Shown here piece after piece: positions 19,284-29,047 of a stretch of DNA of 64,000 bases. The notes under the pieces were generated by a model. It was not told the DNA's origin, made no database searches, and saw nothing but the letters and a program-made list of their open reading frames with translations. The stretch's first letter is position 1. Each line of letters begins with the position of its first letter. Made by a program: the position numbers and the translations under genes. The stretch is from Desulfatiglandales bacterium (lineage in GTDB: Bacteria; Desulfobacterota; DSM-4660; Desulfatiglandales; HGW-15). The stretch covers positions 2,240,001-2,304,000 of the forward strand of contig CAXXJJ010000004.1 in assembly GCA_963667015.2 (NCBI GenBank), given 5' to 3'.

Positions 19284-20363
19284 ATGAAAATGGATCGTTC
19301 AACTGCACCAAAATTGTTTTATGCTATTCTTTTTATTTTTGTCGGTCTGTTTTGCTGGCTCTGCTGGAGTTTTCTATCCGCTATAGTACTTGGCCTGGTT
19401 ATCACCAGCGCATTTTACCCCTTGTACTCATGGTATAGCAGCCTTTTTGAAGGGAAACAGGTCTTTAAAGCGGTATCAATGACGGTCTTTATTTTCCTGA
19501 TTCTGACTATTCCGATCAGCGGTTTTGTTGGAAGCCTCTATCAGGAAGCACTGGACTCATATGGCCGAACAAAAAACTCTGTTTCACTGCAGAAAATTCA
19601 GGAGATTCTTAAGAGTGATTCAATATGGGTGAAACGTATTAAAAAAATAAGTGAAGTCGCAAATATTGAGCTTGACGACCAGAGTATACAAAAGACTATA
19701 GCAACAAAAGTGAAGGATTTTGGGCTTTACCTGACCAAACAACTCAGTTCTGTCGCAACAAACCTGATGAGTTTTTTGCTTAATTTTCTCCTGATGATGC
19801 TGATCATATATTATATTTTCAAGGATGGGCAGAGACTAAATAACTATCTTCTTTCGGTACTCCCCTTCCCGAAGGCGCAGCAGGAACTCATCCTTGACAA
19901 GTTTGACGAAATGGGAAGGGCCATTATTTTCGGGAACGGTCTTTCAGGGATAATACAGGGTATACTCGGAGGATTTGCGTTTTACTTCTTTGGTCTGGGA
20001 TCGCCTTTTTTATGGGGAACAGTTATGGGATTTCTGGCCTTTTTACCTGTAATCGGTGCATCCGTGGTATTTATCCCCGCAACACTAGTATTACTCCTGC
20101 AGGATAAAATAGGGGCAAGTATTGCCTATTTCATCTATAATGCGACCTACAGCATTATAATAGAGTATTTTATCAAGCCGAAACTCATAGGAAAAGGCAT
20201 GAAGATGAACACGATCTTCGTGTTTATAGGTATACTTGGAGGCTTGAAACTCTGGGGAATACTGGGGATAATATACGGCCCCTTTATTATAACGATTATT
20301 TTCACTTTACTGGAAATCTACAGGCTTGAATACAGGCCGGCAAATATACAGGATTTAAAATAA
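19284..20363 (+). CDS. AI-2E family transporter
   Basis: Multi-TM protein; LPVIG, IKPKLIG, GILGG...GILG.IYGP motifs. Confidence 0.88.
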   Translation: MKMDRSTAPKLFYAILFIFVGLFCWLCWSFLSAIVLGLVITSAFYPLYSWYSSLFEGKQVFKAVSMTVFIFLILTIPISGFVGSLYQEALDSYGRTKNSVSLQKIQEILKSDSIWVKRIKKISEVANIELDDQSIQKTIATKVKDFGLYLTKQLSSVATNLMSFLLNFLLMMLIIYYIFKDGQRLNNYLLSVLPFPKAQQELILDKFDEMGRAIIFGNGLSGIIQGILGGFAFYFFGLGSPFLWGTVMGFLAFLPVIGASVVFIPATLVLLLQDKIGASIAYFIYNATYSIIIEYFIKPKLIGKGMKMNTIFVFIGILGGLKLWGILGIIYGPFIITIIFTLLEIYRLEYRPANIQDLK

Positions 20364-20382
20364 AAATCACAGGGAGGATATA

Positions 20383-21402
20383 ATGCCAATAGGAACCACA
20401 ATAACGCAGCACATACTCAATCAGCAGAGAGAAAACCCTGAAGCGACAGGGGCCTTTACCCATCTTTTACATGAACTTATTGTTGCAGCAAAGGTAATAT
20501 CAAAGGAAGTGAACAAGGCAGGACTTGCAGATATACTGGGCGCTACAGGAGATATCAATGTTCAGGAAGAGAAGGTTCAGAAACTGGATGTTTACGCTAA
20601 CAGGATTATTATAGAAAGGATGCAGCATATAGGTCAGCTCTGCTGTATGGGTTCTGAGGAAGTTGCAGACCTCATTGATATTCCCGCTAAATACCCCAAG
20701 GGAAACTATATACTCGTATTTGATCCACTGGACGGTTCATCCAACATTGACGTAAATATAAGTATTGGAACCATATTCGGGATATACAAAAAAAAGAGTG
20801 AAGAAACCGACATCAATTTTCTTTTGAATGAAACCCTCCAGCCCGGATATGAACAGGTTGCTGCAGGTTATTTCATATACGGCTCCAGCACAATAATGGT
20901 TTATACCACCGGAAACGGAGTCCATGGCTTTACTCTCTACCCCAGTGTTGGAGAATTCCTGCTTTCTCATGAGAATATAAAAATACCTGAAAAGGGAAAA
21001 ATCTACAGCGTAAACGAAAGCAATTATCAGTACTGGGATGACAATACAAAGGCCCTGATTGATCATTTCAAAACGAAAGATAAAAAAACAGGCTGGTCCT
21101 ATTCGGCAAGGTATGTAGGAAGCCTTGTAGCCGATTTTCACAGGAACCTTTTAAAGGGTGGGATATTCATGTATCCAGCTGACAACAAAGACCCCAAGAA
21201 GTCGACAGGCAAGTTAAGACTTATGGTAGAAGCAAACCCCCTTGCCATGGTTGTTCAACAGGCCGGAGGTTATGCAAGTGACGGAACAGGTCCGATCCTG
21301 GACATGCAGCCGGAGGAACTCCATCAGCGGGTGCCTCTGTATATAGGCAGTAAAGAAGATGTTAAGCTTGCTGAAAGATTTTTAAGAGGGGAAAGGGAAT
21401 AA
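20383..21402 (+). CDS. fbp: Fructose-1,6-bisphosphatase class 1
   Basis: VQKLDVYAN, FDPLDGSSNID, RYVGSLVADFHR, GKLRLMVEANP. Confidence 0.97.
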   Translation: MPIGTTITQHILNQQRENPEATGAFTHLLHELIVAAKVISKEVNKAGLADILGATGDINVQEEKVQKLDVYANRIIIERMQHIGQLCCMGSEEVADLIDIPAKYPKGNYILVFDPLDGSSNIDVNISIGTIFGIYKKKSEETDINFLLNETLQPGYEQVAAGYFIYGSSTIMVYTTGNGVHGFTLYPSVGEFLLSHENIKIPEKGKIYSVNESNYQYWDDNTKALIDHFKTKDKKTGWSYSARYVGSLVADFHRNLLKGGIFMYPADNKDPKKSTGKLRLMVEANPLAMVVQQAGGYASDGTGPILDMQPEELHQRVPLYIGSKEDVKLAERFLRGERE

Positions 21403-21411
21403 AAAAAGAAG

Positions 21412-21490
21412 GGTACAAGGCGCAGGGTGCAAGGCACAGGGAAAACCGGTTTAAGCTTTTCCTTGTGCCCTGCGCCTTGAGCCTTGCGCC
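21412..21490. repeat. Inverted array of degenerate 7-bp units (four direct, four inverted) forming a long hairpin between convergent genes
   Basis: GGTACAA GGCGCAG GGTGCAA GGCACAG GGAAAA ... TTTTCC TTGTGCC CTGCGCC TTGAGCC TTGCGCC. Confidence 0.8.
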
Positions 21491-21548
21491 ATTTTATAAG
21501 ACACAAATCTTATTAAAAGCACCTTTGTTAAAAAACCGTTGAGTTGTG

Positions 21549-22550
21549 TTATCCACCCCGGATCATCTCCACAAAGGCATCAAGTCTTAATGCTGTCCTT
21601 CTGTCAATCTCTCCGGGTCTGTCACCCTCAATTGTCAGCATGGGGATATTCAATTTTTCTCTGAGGACAATGTCATAGAGCTGCCGGAAGCAGAAGGTCT
21701 GGGTATAATGTATAAGGCCGTCCAGGTTTCTTTCTTTAATTGCCTCTTCTATATCTCTGATCCTTGCTTCAGGGCTGTAGGGATATGTGTAAAGGGTATA
21801 CTGGTCAACTATATCATCAGTATCATAGGGCATGCTGAACTGCCGCTGCACCTCATTAAATACCACCCTTGCCCCTATTGATTCCAGGTATTGATAGAAA
21901 TTGGAAAATATTGGAGGAACCCCGAGCAGGCCCAGCCGGATATCAGATTTCAACTCCTTCCTTCCTTTTATGTCTGAAAGAAATATATCTATTTCATTTT
22001 CATATTTTTCAGGATCTGATTTAAAATCTGAACTCGATACAAGGAAGAGGTGATTCTCAAAACCTGTTACGATATTATCAACGTATGTGAGCCGGTCAAG
22101 CTGTCTTAGCTTTTTTCTTACTTTATCAAGACGTGCCTTTTCTCTTTTCACCTGATCCCATGAGGTTGAGAGGGCCTGCATGAAGGCTTCGAGTTTTTGC
22201 TTAACAGGTTCATATTTTTGAGACTGGGGATAATCAAAGGGTATAATCTCTATCCCCTTAAGATTCATTATCTCTGCCAGTGCTATAGTATTGCTGCAGT
22301 CACCCCCTGTCACCGCTATAACACGTCTGATATCATGATTTATTACAGTTGAATAAATCCCTTTTATCCATGCACAGATATTACTGGAAAATCCGGCAGA
22401 TTCCGACTGGCTCACAAGACTTTCCGGATCTTCATACTCTATAAAGATATTGTTGATATCAACGGGCTTAAAACCTGCAGCAAAGATAATCTCAATCGGA
22501 ACGGTTGATGTAATTCCTATGAAATTGCTGTTATATGATCTGGTTTTCAC
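21549..22550 (-). CDS. 2-hydroxyacyl-CoA dehydratase D-component family protein
   Basis: NICAWIKGIY, GGDCSN, DGLIHYTQTFCFR, IEGD motifs. Confidence 0.85.
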   Translation of the reverse strand: MKTRSYNSNFIGITSTVPIEIIFAAGFKPVDINNIFIEYEDPESLVSQSESAGFSSNICAWIKGIYSTVINHDIRRVIAVTGGDCSNTIALAEIMNLKGIEIIPFDYPQSQKYEPVKQKLEAFMQALSTSWDQVKREKARLDKVRKKLRQLDRLTYVDNIVTGFENHLFLVSSSDFKSDPEKYENEIDIFLSDIKGRKELKSDIRLGLLGVPPIFSNFYQYLESIGARVVFNEVQRQFSMPYDTDDIVDQYTLYTYPYSPEARIRDIEEAIKERNLDGLIHYTQTFCFRQLYDIVLREKLNIPMLTIEGDRPGEIDRRTALRLDAFVEMIRGG

Positions 22551-23193
22551 TTCGTTTTGACCCTACATAGTAGAATTTTTCATCAGGAAGTTCAATGCAT
22601 GTGAGTTTGTTGCCAAAAACAGCACCCGTATCCAGACCGATCTTGTTTTCAGCAATGTAGGGTGAAGGAAAAGGTGTATGGCCGAATATCACCTTTTTTC
22701 CAAAATCGTACTCCGAAAAGATAAAATCTTCCCTTATCCACAATTTGTCTTTTAGAGATTGTTTATCGATTTCTATTCCCGGCATAAGCCCGGCATGAAC
22801 TATATAGTAATCATCAAGCTCAACAAGAGCCTTCAGGGACTCAATAAATAATATATGCTCAGGCGGTATATTTATCTTTCCATCTACCCTGTAACTGTTA
22901 AGCGTAGCAACTCCTCCATTTATTAAAAAAGAATTTTCATTCCTGCCTAAGAGATATTCAAGAAAAAGGCTTTCATGATTTCCCAAAAGGCAATGGATAT
23001 TGGGAGACGATTCCTTCAGGTTTATCAAGGTATCTATTACACCTTTAGAGTCGTCCCCTCTGTCAATATAATCACCAATAAAAATAAGGTTATCCTTTTC
23101 AGAATCCCACGGAATTAAACTCAGCATTTCTTCCAGCATATCCCTGCAGCCGTGCAGGTCGCCAATTACAAATGATTTACACTTTTCATTCAT
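22531..23193 (-). CDS. PPP-family Ser/Thr protein phosphatase (metallophosphoesterase)
   Basis: GDLHG, GDYIDRG, GNHE, VHAG, FGHTP, LDTGAV. Confidence 0.92.
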   Translation of the reverse strand: MNEKCKSFVIGDLHGCRDMLEEMLSLIPWDSEKDNLIFIGDYIDRGDDSKGVIDTLINLKESSPNIHCLLGNHESLFLEYLLGRNENSFLINGGVATLNSYRVDGKINIPPEHILFIESLKALVELDDYYIVHAGLMPGIEIDKQSLKDKLWIREDFIFSEYDFGKKVIFGHTPFPSPYIAENKIGLDTGAVFGNKLTCIELPDEKFYYVGSKRSENQII

Positions 23194-23269
23194 TTCATAC
23201 TATGGGGAATAAAATTCATAATACCCCTGTCTTAAAGGCAGGGCAAATACACACAAGCTAAAAATCGCA

Positions 23270-23974
23270 TTAATCTCTGCTGCCGCCAAAAATTCTGAGA
23301 AGCATAATAAACAGGTTAATAAAATCAAGATATAAAGAAAGTGCGCCTAATATAGCCCCTTTTCTGACTACTTCACCTTCGAGCCCGGCAGGTTGTGTAA
23401 GCGCCATGTTTTTTATCTTCTGAGTATCATATGCCGTAAGCCCTACAAACACGACAACACCTATATAACTGATTGCATAATAAAGGGTAGAGCTGTGCAT
23501 AAAAATATTCACGATTGAGGCAATAACAATTCCAATAAGCCCCATAAACATAAAACTTCCAATGGATGTGAGATCCTTTTTAGTTGTCCATCCATAGATA
23601 CTGCATGCAAGAAATGTGAGTGAACAGATAAAAAACGTACTCACTATTGACTCGCTTGTATAAACCAGAAAAATAAAGGAAAGTGTGACACCGTTTAATG
23701 CCGAGTAAACAAGAAACAATGCCGTAGCAGTAGCACCGCTGATCTTGTTCATCATTCCGCCTATAGAAACAACAAGACCTATTTCGGCGATAAATAGTAT
23801 AATGAGGATTGCTTTGTTCCCGAACACCATTTGAACTAATGCCTCATTTCCGGAAACATACCAGGCTATAAAACCCGTAACCGCAAGCCCCATAACCATC
23901 CAGTTATAGACACTCCTTACAAACTCATTCACCATAACATCTGTTTTTTGTTTAAATGCTGTTAATCGTTCCAT
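23270..23974 (-). CDS. Bax inhibitor-1/YccA family membrane protein
   Basis: About 7 TM helices; AYDTQKIK and GALSLYLDFINLF. Confidence 0.93.
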   Translation of the reverse strand: MERLTAFKQKTDVMVNEFVRSVYNWMVMGLAVTGFIAWYVSGNEALVQMVFGNKAILIILFIAEIGLVVSIGGMMNKISGATATALFLVYSALNGVTLSFIFLVYTSESIVSTFFICSLTFLACSIYGWTTKKDLTSIGSFMFMGLIGIVIASIVNIFMHSSTLYYAISYIGVVVFVGLTAYDTQKIKNMALTQPAGLEGEVVRKGAILGALSLYLDFINLFIMLLRIFGGSRD

Positions 23975-24069
23975 ATTTTTTCTCCTTTTTGTACATCGGT
24001 ATTTTTCTGTAAAACTATAATATAAGTTCAGCGCTCAATTTTTCAAGCCACATGCATATTCTGCCACAA

Positions 24070-25314
24070 TCACATTGATTCCAGGTTTTTGATTCTTTCT
24101 GTTATGGGGGGATGAGAATAGTTAAATTTAACATAAAGTGAATGAGGGCAAAGGTTTGAAAGATTATCCACTGCCATTTTTCTTAAGGCCTTTACCAATG
24201 GCTTCGGACTGTTCATTGCATCCCTGGCAAATTTGTCAGATTCTCTCTCAAACCTTCTTGAAAGTGCCATGAATGCCGGCGATACAAAAAAACCTACAGG
24301 TCCCCACAGGATTGAAATGAGAAAAAGTCCTGCATAAAACGGTTTTGCTGAGAAACCGAAACTTTTATACATAATATCCCAGTCTATCATCCATGCCGCG
24401 ATATAAAACAGGGCAAGAGATATTGCGCTCATGAGGATTAACTGCTTTTTTATGTGCCCTTTTTTAAGGTGCCCTATTTCATGGGCCAGCACTGCGAGAA
24501 TCTCATCCCTGTCATGGGATTCGATAAGGGTATCATATAATACAATACGTTTGCTTTTCCCCAGCCCGGAAAAATAGGCATTTGTATGACGACTTCTTTT
24601 TCCTGCATCCATCTTGAATATTCCGGTAACCGAAACACCTTCTTTTTCTGCAAGTTTTCTTATTGCTTCGTCAAGTTCCCTATCGTCAATCGGTGTAAAT
24701 TTATTAAATATAGGGGCAATAATGGTTGGATATATTACAGTCATGAGCAATTGAAATGCCAGGAAAATACCCCATGCCCAAAGCCACCAGAACCTCCCGG
24801 CTGATTTAATCATTATAAGCAATAGAGACAATAAAATCCCGCCCAGTATCAGAGAGATCAGCAGAGATTTTAAAATATCAATAAACCATGTTTTAATATC
24901 AGTTGTATTAAAACCGTATTTTTCTTCAATTACGAAAACACTGTAATAATTAAAAGGCAGGCCGATAATTGAAGTAAGTATACCGGGAACAGCAAAAAAG
25001 ATAAGACCGGCGGGGACATAATTCATATCGCCCACAAGATCCGCAACCCATGGAAGAAACCCGTAAAGGATAATAGCCAGAAAGAGCAGCATCCCTGTAA
25101 TACTTTTTAAAACCGCTATGTTAGTATTATCAGAGGTATATGAGGTTATCTTTTCCAGGTGGGAATCTTCGATATGACCTTTAAAAACGCTGGGGACTGT
25201 CATGCCCTTCTTTTTAAGATGAGATGCATTTATGAGGTCTATTAGAATATCAGCAACTGACCCAAAGATATAAACAACAAGGAATGCACATAAAAAACTA
25301 TTGATATTTATCAT
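24070..25314 (-). CDS. M48 family (Ste24-like) membrane zinc metallopeptidase
   Basis: NAYFSG, AHEIGH, SRRFERESD, YSHPP..ER; multiple TM helices. Confidence 0.93.
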   Translation of the reverse strand: MININSFLCAFLVVYIFGSVADILIDLINASHLKKKGMTVPSVFKGHIEDSHLEKITSYTSDNTNIAVLKSITGMLLFLAIILYGFLPWVADLVGDMNYVPAGLIFFAVPGILTSIIGLPFNYYSVFVIEEKYGFNTTDIKTWFIDILKSLLISLILGGILLSLLLIMIKSAGRFWWLWAWGIFLAFQLLMTVIYPTIIAPIFNKFTPIDDRELDEAIRKLAEKEGVSVTGIFKMDAGKRSRHTNAYFSGLGKSKRIVLYDTLIESHDRDEILAVLAHEIGHLKKGHIKKQLILMSAISLALFYIAAWMIDWDIMYKSFGFSAKPFYAGLFLISILWGPVGFFVSPAFMALSRRFERESDKFARDAMNSPKPLVKALRKMAVDNLSNLCPHSLYVKFNYSHPPITERIKNLESM

Positions 25315-25377
25315 AATTTTGTCTTATCATCTGTGAATATAGAAAATTTAACTATTATTAACAGGAAAATATATTTA

Positions 25378-26589
25378 ATGGATAACAAATTATATATCGT
25401 AATGGTCGGTCTTCCTGCAAGGGGAAAATCGACAACTGCAACCAAGGTAAGAGATGATCTGAAAAAAGACTCTGTAAAGGCCAAAATATTTAATAACGGA
25501 GATCTTAGAAGAGAGCTGATCCCCAACAACACCTCCTTTGCTGAATTTTATAACCCTGAAAATGAAAATTCTGCGGCAATAAGAGAAAAAATCTCCCTTA
25601 TGAATGTAAAAAAGGCAAAAACCTATCTCAGAAAAGGCGGCCAGGTTGCCATTCTCGATGCTACAAATGCGAGCATGTCAAGAAGAGAGCTGATACAATC
25701 ACACCTGGATGACTATCCAACCCTTTATATTGAATGTATAAACAATAACGATGAAATACTGAATGCCAGCATAAGAAGAAAAGTGGACACAAAGGAGTTC
25801 TCACATCTAAAAACGGATGAAGCTATTAAGAGTTTTAAAAAAAGAATTGCCTACTATGAAAACATCTACGCACCTCTTAAACGCGAGAGAAATATTATCA
25901 GGCTTGATTCACTTAATAAAAAAGTCGTCCATGAGGAGATAAAGGATTCCATACCCTTTTATGATCAGATCAGGGATTTTCTGGTCACCGATACAATAAA
26001 ACATCTTTACCTTGTAAGGCATGGCGAAACCTATTTTAATATTGAAAACAGGATCGGCGGGGATTCCAGACTCACTGAAAAGGGCCTTAAACAGGCTGCC
26101 GCCCTTGGCAAATACTTTTCTAAAAAGGAGATACCCATTATTTTTACCAGTGGGATGAAAAGGACTATCCAGACTGCCATGCCCATAAAGACCAGCCAGA
26201 AAAAATGTGCCCTTATCCCCTTACCCGAATTTAATGAAATAAACAGCGGAATTTGTGAGTGCATGAGCTATGACGAAATACGAAACACCATGCCTGATGT
26301 TTATAAAACACGAAAAAAGGACAAATATAATTATGTCTATCCTGAAGGTGAAGGCTATGTCACAATGATGGAAAGGATAAACAGGGGAATCAACAAGGTT
26401 TTATACCTGAGTGACATATCAAAGAATATCGTTATTGTCGGCCACAGGGCGGCAAACAGGATGATACTTTCCCACTTTCTTTTCAGGCGTGAAGAGGATG
26501 TGCCATATATCTATATTCCGCAGGATAAATTTTACTATATATCGGTAACCCAGAACAAAAAACTGTTTCAGCTGAAGAAATATCGGTAA
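25378..26589 (+). CDS. Bifunctional 6-phosphofructo-2-kinase/fructose-2,6-bisphosphatase-like protein
   Basis: N-domain MVGLPARGKST, FNNGDLRR, ILDATN; C-domain histidine phosphatase RHGE...RIGGD, RTIQTA, NEINSGICE, DKYNYVYPEGE, VGH. Start ATG 25378 is probable (ORF open from 25333). Confidence 0.9.
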   Translation: MDNKLYIVMVGLPARGKSTTATKVRDDLKKDSVKAKIFNNGDLRRELIPNNTSFAEFYNPENENSAAIREKISLMNVKKAKTYLRKGGQVAILDATNASMSRRELIQSHLDDYPTLYIECINNNDEILNASIRRKVDTKEFSHLKTDEAIKSFKKRIAYYENIYAPLKRERNIIRLDSLNKKVVHEEIKDSIPFYDQIRDFLVTDTIKHLYLVRHGETYFNIENRIGGDSRLTEKGLKQAAALGKYFSKKEIPIIFTSGMKRTIQTAMPIKTSQKKCALIPLPEFNEINSGICECMSYDEIRNTMPDVYKTRKKDKYNYVYPEGEGYVTMMERINRGINKVLYLSDISKNIVIVGHRAANRMILSHFLFRREEDVPYIYIPQDKFYYISVTQNKKLFQLKKYR

Positions 26590-26705
26590 TTTATTATATT
26601 TATGATCAGTAATAACACCTCAAATAACGTAGAATTGCCAAAAAAAATTATCATGTTATAATTCAGGCAAAAAAATAAACCTTTCTGAATCCAAGGATAC
26701 CCCGC

Positions 26706-27203
26706 ATGATCCAGGCAAAAAAAATTCCTGAAACAAATCTCTCCAAGGCTGTTGTAGATCTTTTAATCGGTATCCCTATGTTTGACCAGATCAGGGCAGA
26801 TGAATTAAGAATAGTCGCCAGACATATGAATTTTATGGATTTTGAACCAAAAGAGATTATTTTTTCCGAGGGGGATACCGGTGATTTTGTCTGCTTTGTT
26901 ACGAAAGGTGTTCTTGATGTATTAAAAAAAAATGAAAAAGGCAAAAATACAGTAATTGCTTCCCTCGTTAGAGGCAGATCACTGGGTGAGATGTCAATAA
27001 TAGATGATTTTCCGAGATCAGCCACAGTAAAGGCGAAAACAAAATCAACCCTGCTGATACTTACACGTAAAGGTTTTGATCAACTGCTTGAACAGCATCC
27101 GCGGATAGGAGTAAAGATATTGAAAGGGCTGGCAAAACTTCTGAGCATGAACCTGAGAAAAACTTCCAGCCTTCTGGCTGACTATATGCTTCCGATTGCT
27201 TAG
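26706..27203 (+). CDS. Stand-alone cyclic-nucleotide-binding domain protein
   Basis: IFSEGDTGD, LGEMSIIDDFPRSATV; no HTH domain. Confidence 0.9.
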   Translation: MIQAKKIPETNLSKAVVDLLIGIPMFDQIRADELRIVARHMNFMDFEPKEIIFSEGDTGDFVCFVTKGVLDVLKKNEKGKNTVIASLVRGRSLGEMSIIDDFPRSATVKAKTKSTLLILTRKGFDQLLEQHPRIGVKILKGLAKLLSMNLRKTSSLLADYMLPIA

Positions 27204-27226
27204 ATTTATAAAATTAGGAGGAAACG

Positions 27227-27607
27227 ATGCGAAAATATTTTTTAGGATTACTAATTGTTATTGCATGCATTTCAGGCAACTCCTTTGGAAGGGATCTTGA
27301 ACTTGTTTTAAAGGGGTCCCAAAATACTGAAGAAGGAATAAAGATATCCTACAGTATTATAAATCAAAAAGACTTTGTAAGGCGAAATGTAAAGATAGCT
27401 TTTAAAATACTGGCAGATAATAAACCTGTAGGATGCAGAGAGGTAACCCTTGATGTCCCGGCCAATTCAACCGGCGATCAAATAATGGAGGTAATAATCC
27501 AGGCACCCTGCAAGGATAAATCCTGTAAGGTTGCTGCACAGATATTTGACAGCACTGCAAGAAAATACAGGATTGATAACTGGATGTCAGAGTGCCCCAG
27601 AATGTAA
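27227..27607 (+). CDS. Small secreted hypothetical protein
   Basis: AGGAGG RBS, signal-peptide-like N-terminus, four Cys in the mature region. Confidence 0.65.
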   Translation: MRKYFLGLLIVIACISGNSFGRDLELVLKGSQNTEEGIKISYSIINQKDFVRRNVKIAFKILADNKPVGCREVTLDVPANSTGDQIMEVIIQAPCKDKSCKVAAQIFDSTARKYRIDNWMSECPRM

Positions 27608-27615
27608 AAAATTAT

Positions 27616-28812
27616 TTATTTTTTACCCAGCTTTGCCTTCAGCAGATCACCCAGGGTACCGAATGAAGAGGATGTGCTGCCTGCCTGGCCATAGCTTTTA
27701 TAGGCCTCTTTCTCTTCATCCTTTGCATTGTCTACCATTCCAAGAGAAAGCCTTCGTTTTTCCACATCAACACCATTAATCTTCACTTCTATTTCCTGAC
27801 CTACCTCTACTGCTTCCCTGGCATGATTTAACCTTTTACCTTTGCCAAGTTCGGAGATATGAAGAAGCCCGTCTATTCCGGGTTCAACGTTCACAAAGGC
27901 GCCATACTTCTCTGTACGCACAACTTTGCCTTTATGCAAAGTACCCTCAGGATATTTTTTTGAAATGGAATCCCATGGATCAGGCAGTATTTCCTTGAGA
28001 CTAAAAGAAAATTTATTATTGGTCCAGTCAAGGGTTGCAATGGCCACATCAACCTGCTGACCGACAGAGAGGATGCCGTCTATATCATCCACACGACCCC
28101 ACGAGATCTCCGACACAGGGATCAGACCTTCTATGCCGCCCACATCTATAAAGGCTCCAAATTTCTTTATTGATGTTACCGTGCCTGTTACTGTCATTCC
28201 GACTTCAAGAGACTCTTTCAGTTCAAGCTTCTTTTCTTCTCTCGCCTCTTCAAGAATTGCACGATGGGACAGGATTATATTCCGTCCCTTTTCACCATAT
28301 TCTGCCACCTTGAAGGTTAATTCCGAACCTATAATACTGCCTGTATCCTCAATACGCCCCAGTCCCATCTGAGAAAAAGGACAGAAGGCACGAGTCTTAC
28401 CGGCTATTCGAACCTCAAAACCTCCCTTGATTTCCTTTTCTACGACGCCCTGAACGGGTATGCCGTTATAAAAGGCATCTTCCAGAAATTCCTTTCCAGT
28501 GGACTCCAGTGTAAGTTTGGTGGTAAACAGTTTTTCACTGTTACGCGAGGACAGGAAAAAGGCCTTTATGGTATCTCCCTCTTTGATATTGATATTTCCC
28601 TCTTCATCCATAAATTCACTGAGGGCAATGATCCCTTCAGATTTACTGCCTGTATCAATAAAGACCCAATCATCTGTAATCTGGATAATATCAACCTCGA
28701 CCTCCTGCCCCGGCTGATAGAATATTGCCTTTACATCACTCTGGTTCAATAAATCCTCAAAACTTTCTTCCATTTCATCATTTTCTGTTATGATCTCATT
28801 TTCCCTGTCCAT
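27616..28812 (-). CDS. rpsA: 30S ribosomal protein S1, short four-domain form
   Basis: Repeated S1 domains (FGAFIDVGGIEGLIPVSEISW; YGAFVNVEPGIDGLLHISEL); C-terminal GTLGDLL. Confidence 0.88.
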   Translation of the reverse strand: MDRENEIITENDEMEESFEDLLNQSDVKAIFYQPGQEVEVDIIQITDDWVFIDTGSKSEGIIALSEFMDEEGNINIKEGDTIKAFFLSSRNSEKLFTTKLTLESTGKEFLEDAFYNGIPVQGVVEKEIKGGFEVRIAGKTRAFCPFSQMGLGRIEDTGSIIGSELTFKVAEYGEKGRNIILSHRAILEEAREEKKLELKESLEVGMTVTGTVTSIKKFGAFIDVGGIEGLIPVSEISWGRVDDIDGILSVGQQVDVAIATLDWTNNKFSFSLKEILPDPWDSISKKYPEGTLHKGKVVRTEKYGAFVNVEPGIDGLLHISELGKGKRLNHAREAVEVGQEIEVKINGVDVEKRRLSLGMVDNAKDEEKEAYKSYGQAGSTSSSFGTLGDLLKAKLGKK

Positions 28813-28993
28813 AAACTCTTTTACTTACTCCTGTGATAAAAAAACGGTTTGCGGTATGAGGTGTACGGTTTACGGTTTCCCTTACACCAGATACATACTG
28901 TCATGTTTTTTGGTTAAAAGGTAACGTATTAAATAGTATGTAGATACTGGCATAATTATATTGGAAAGTCCAGACATAGGGCTGAAAACAAAT

Positions 28994-29036
28994 AAAAAAA
29001 GGGTTCATTTCATAAAAGAAATGAACCCTTTTTTTT
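28994..29036. terminator. Intrinsic terminator, bidirectional form
   Basis: A7-GGGTTCATTTC-ataaaa-GAAATGAACCC-T8, just downstream of the minus-strand gene ending at 29048. Confidence 0.85.
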
Positions 29037-29047
29037 AGGTTATATTA

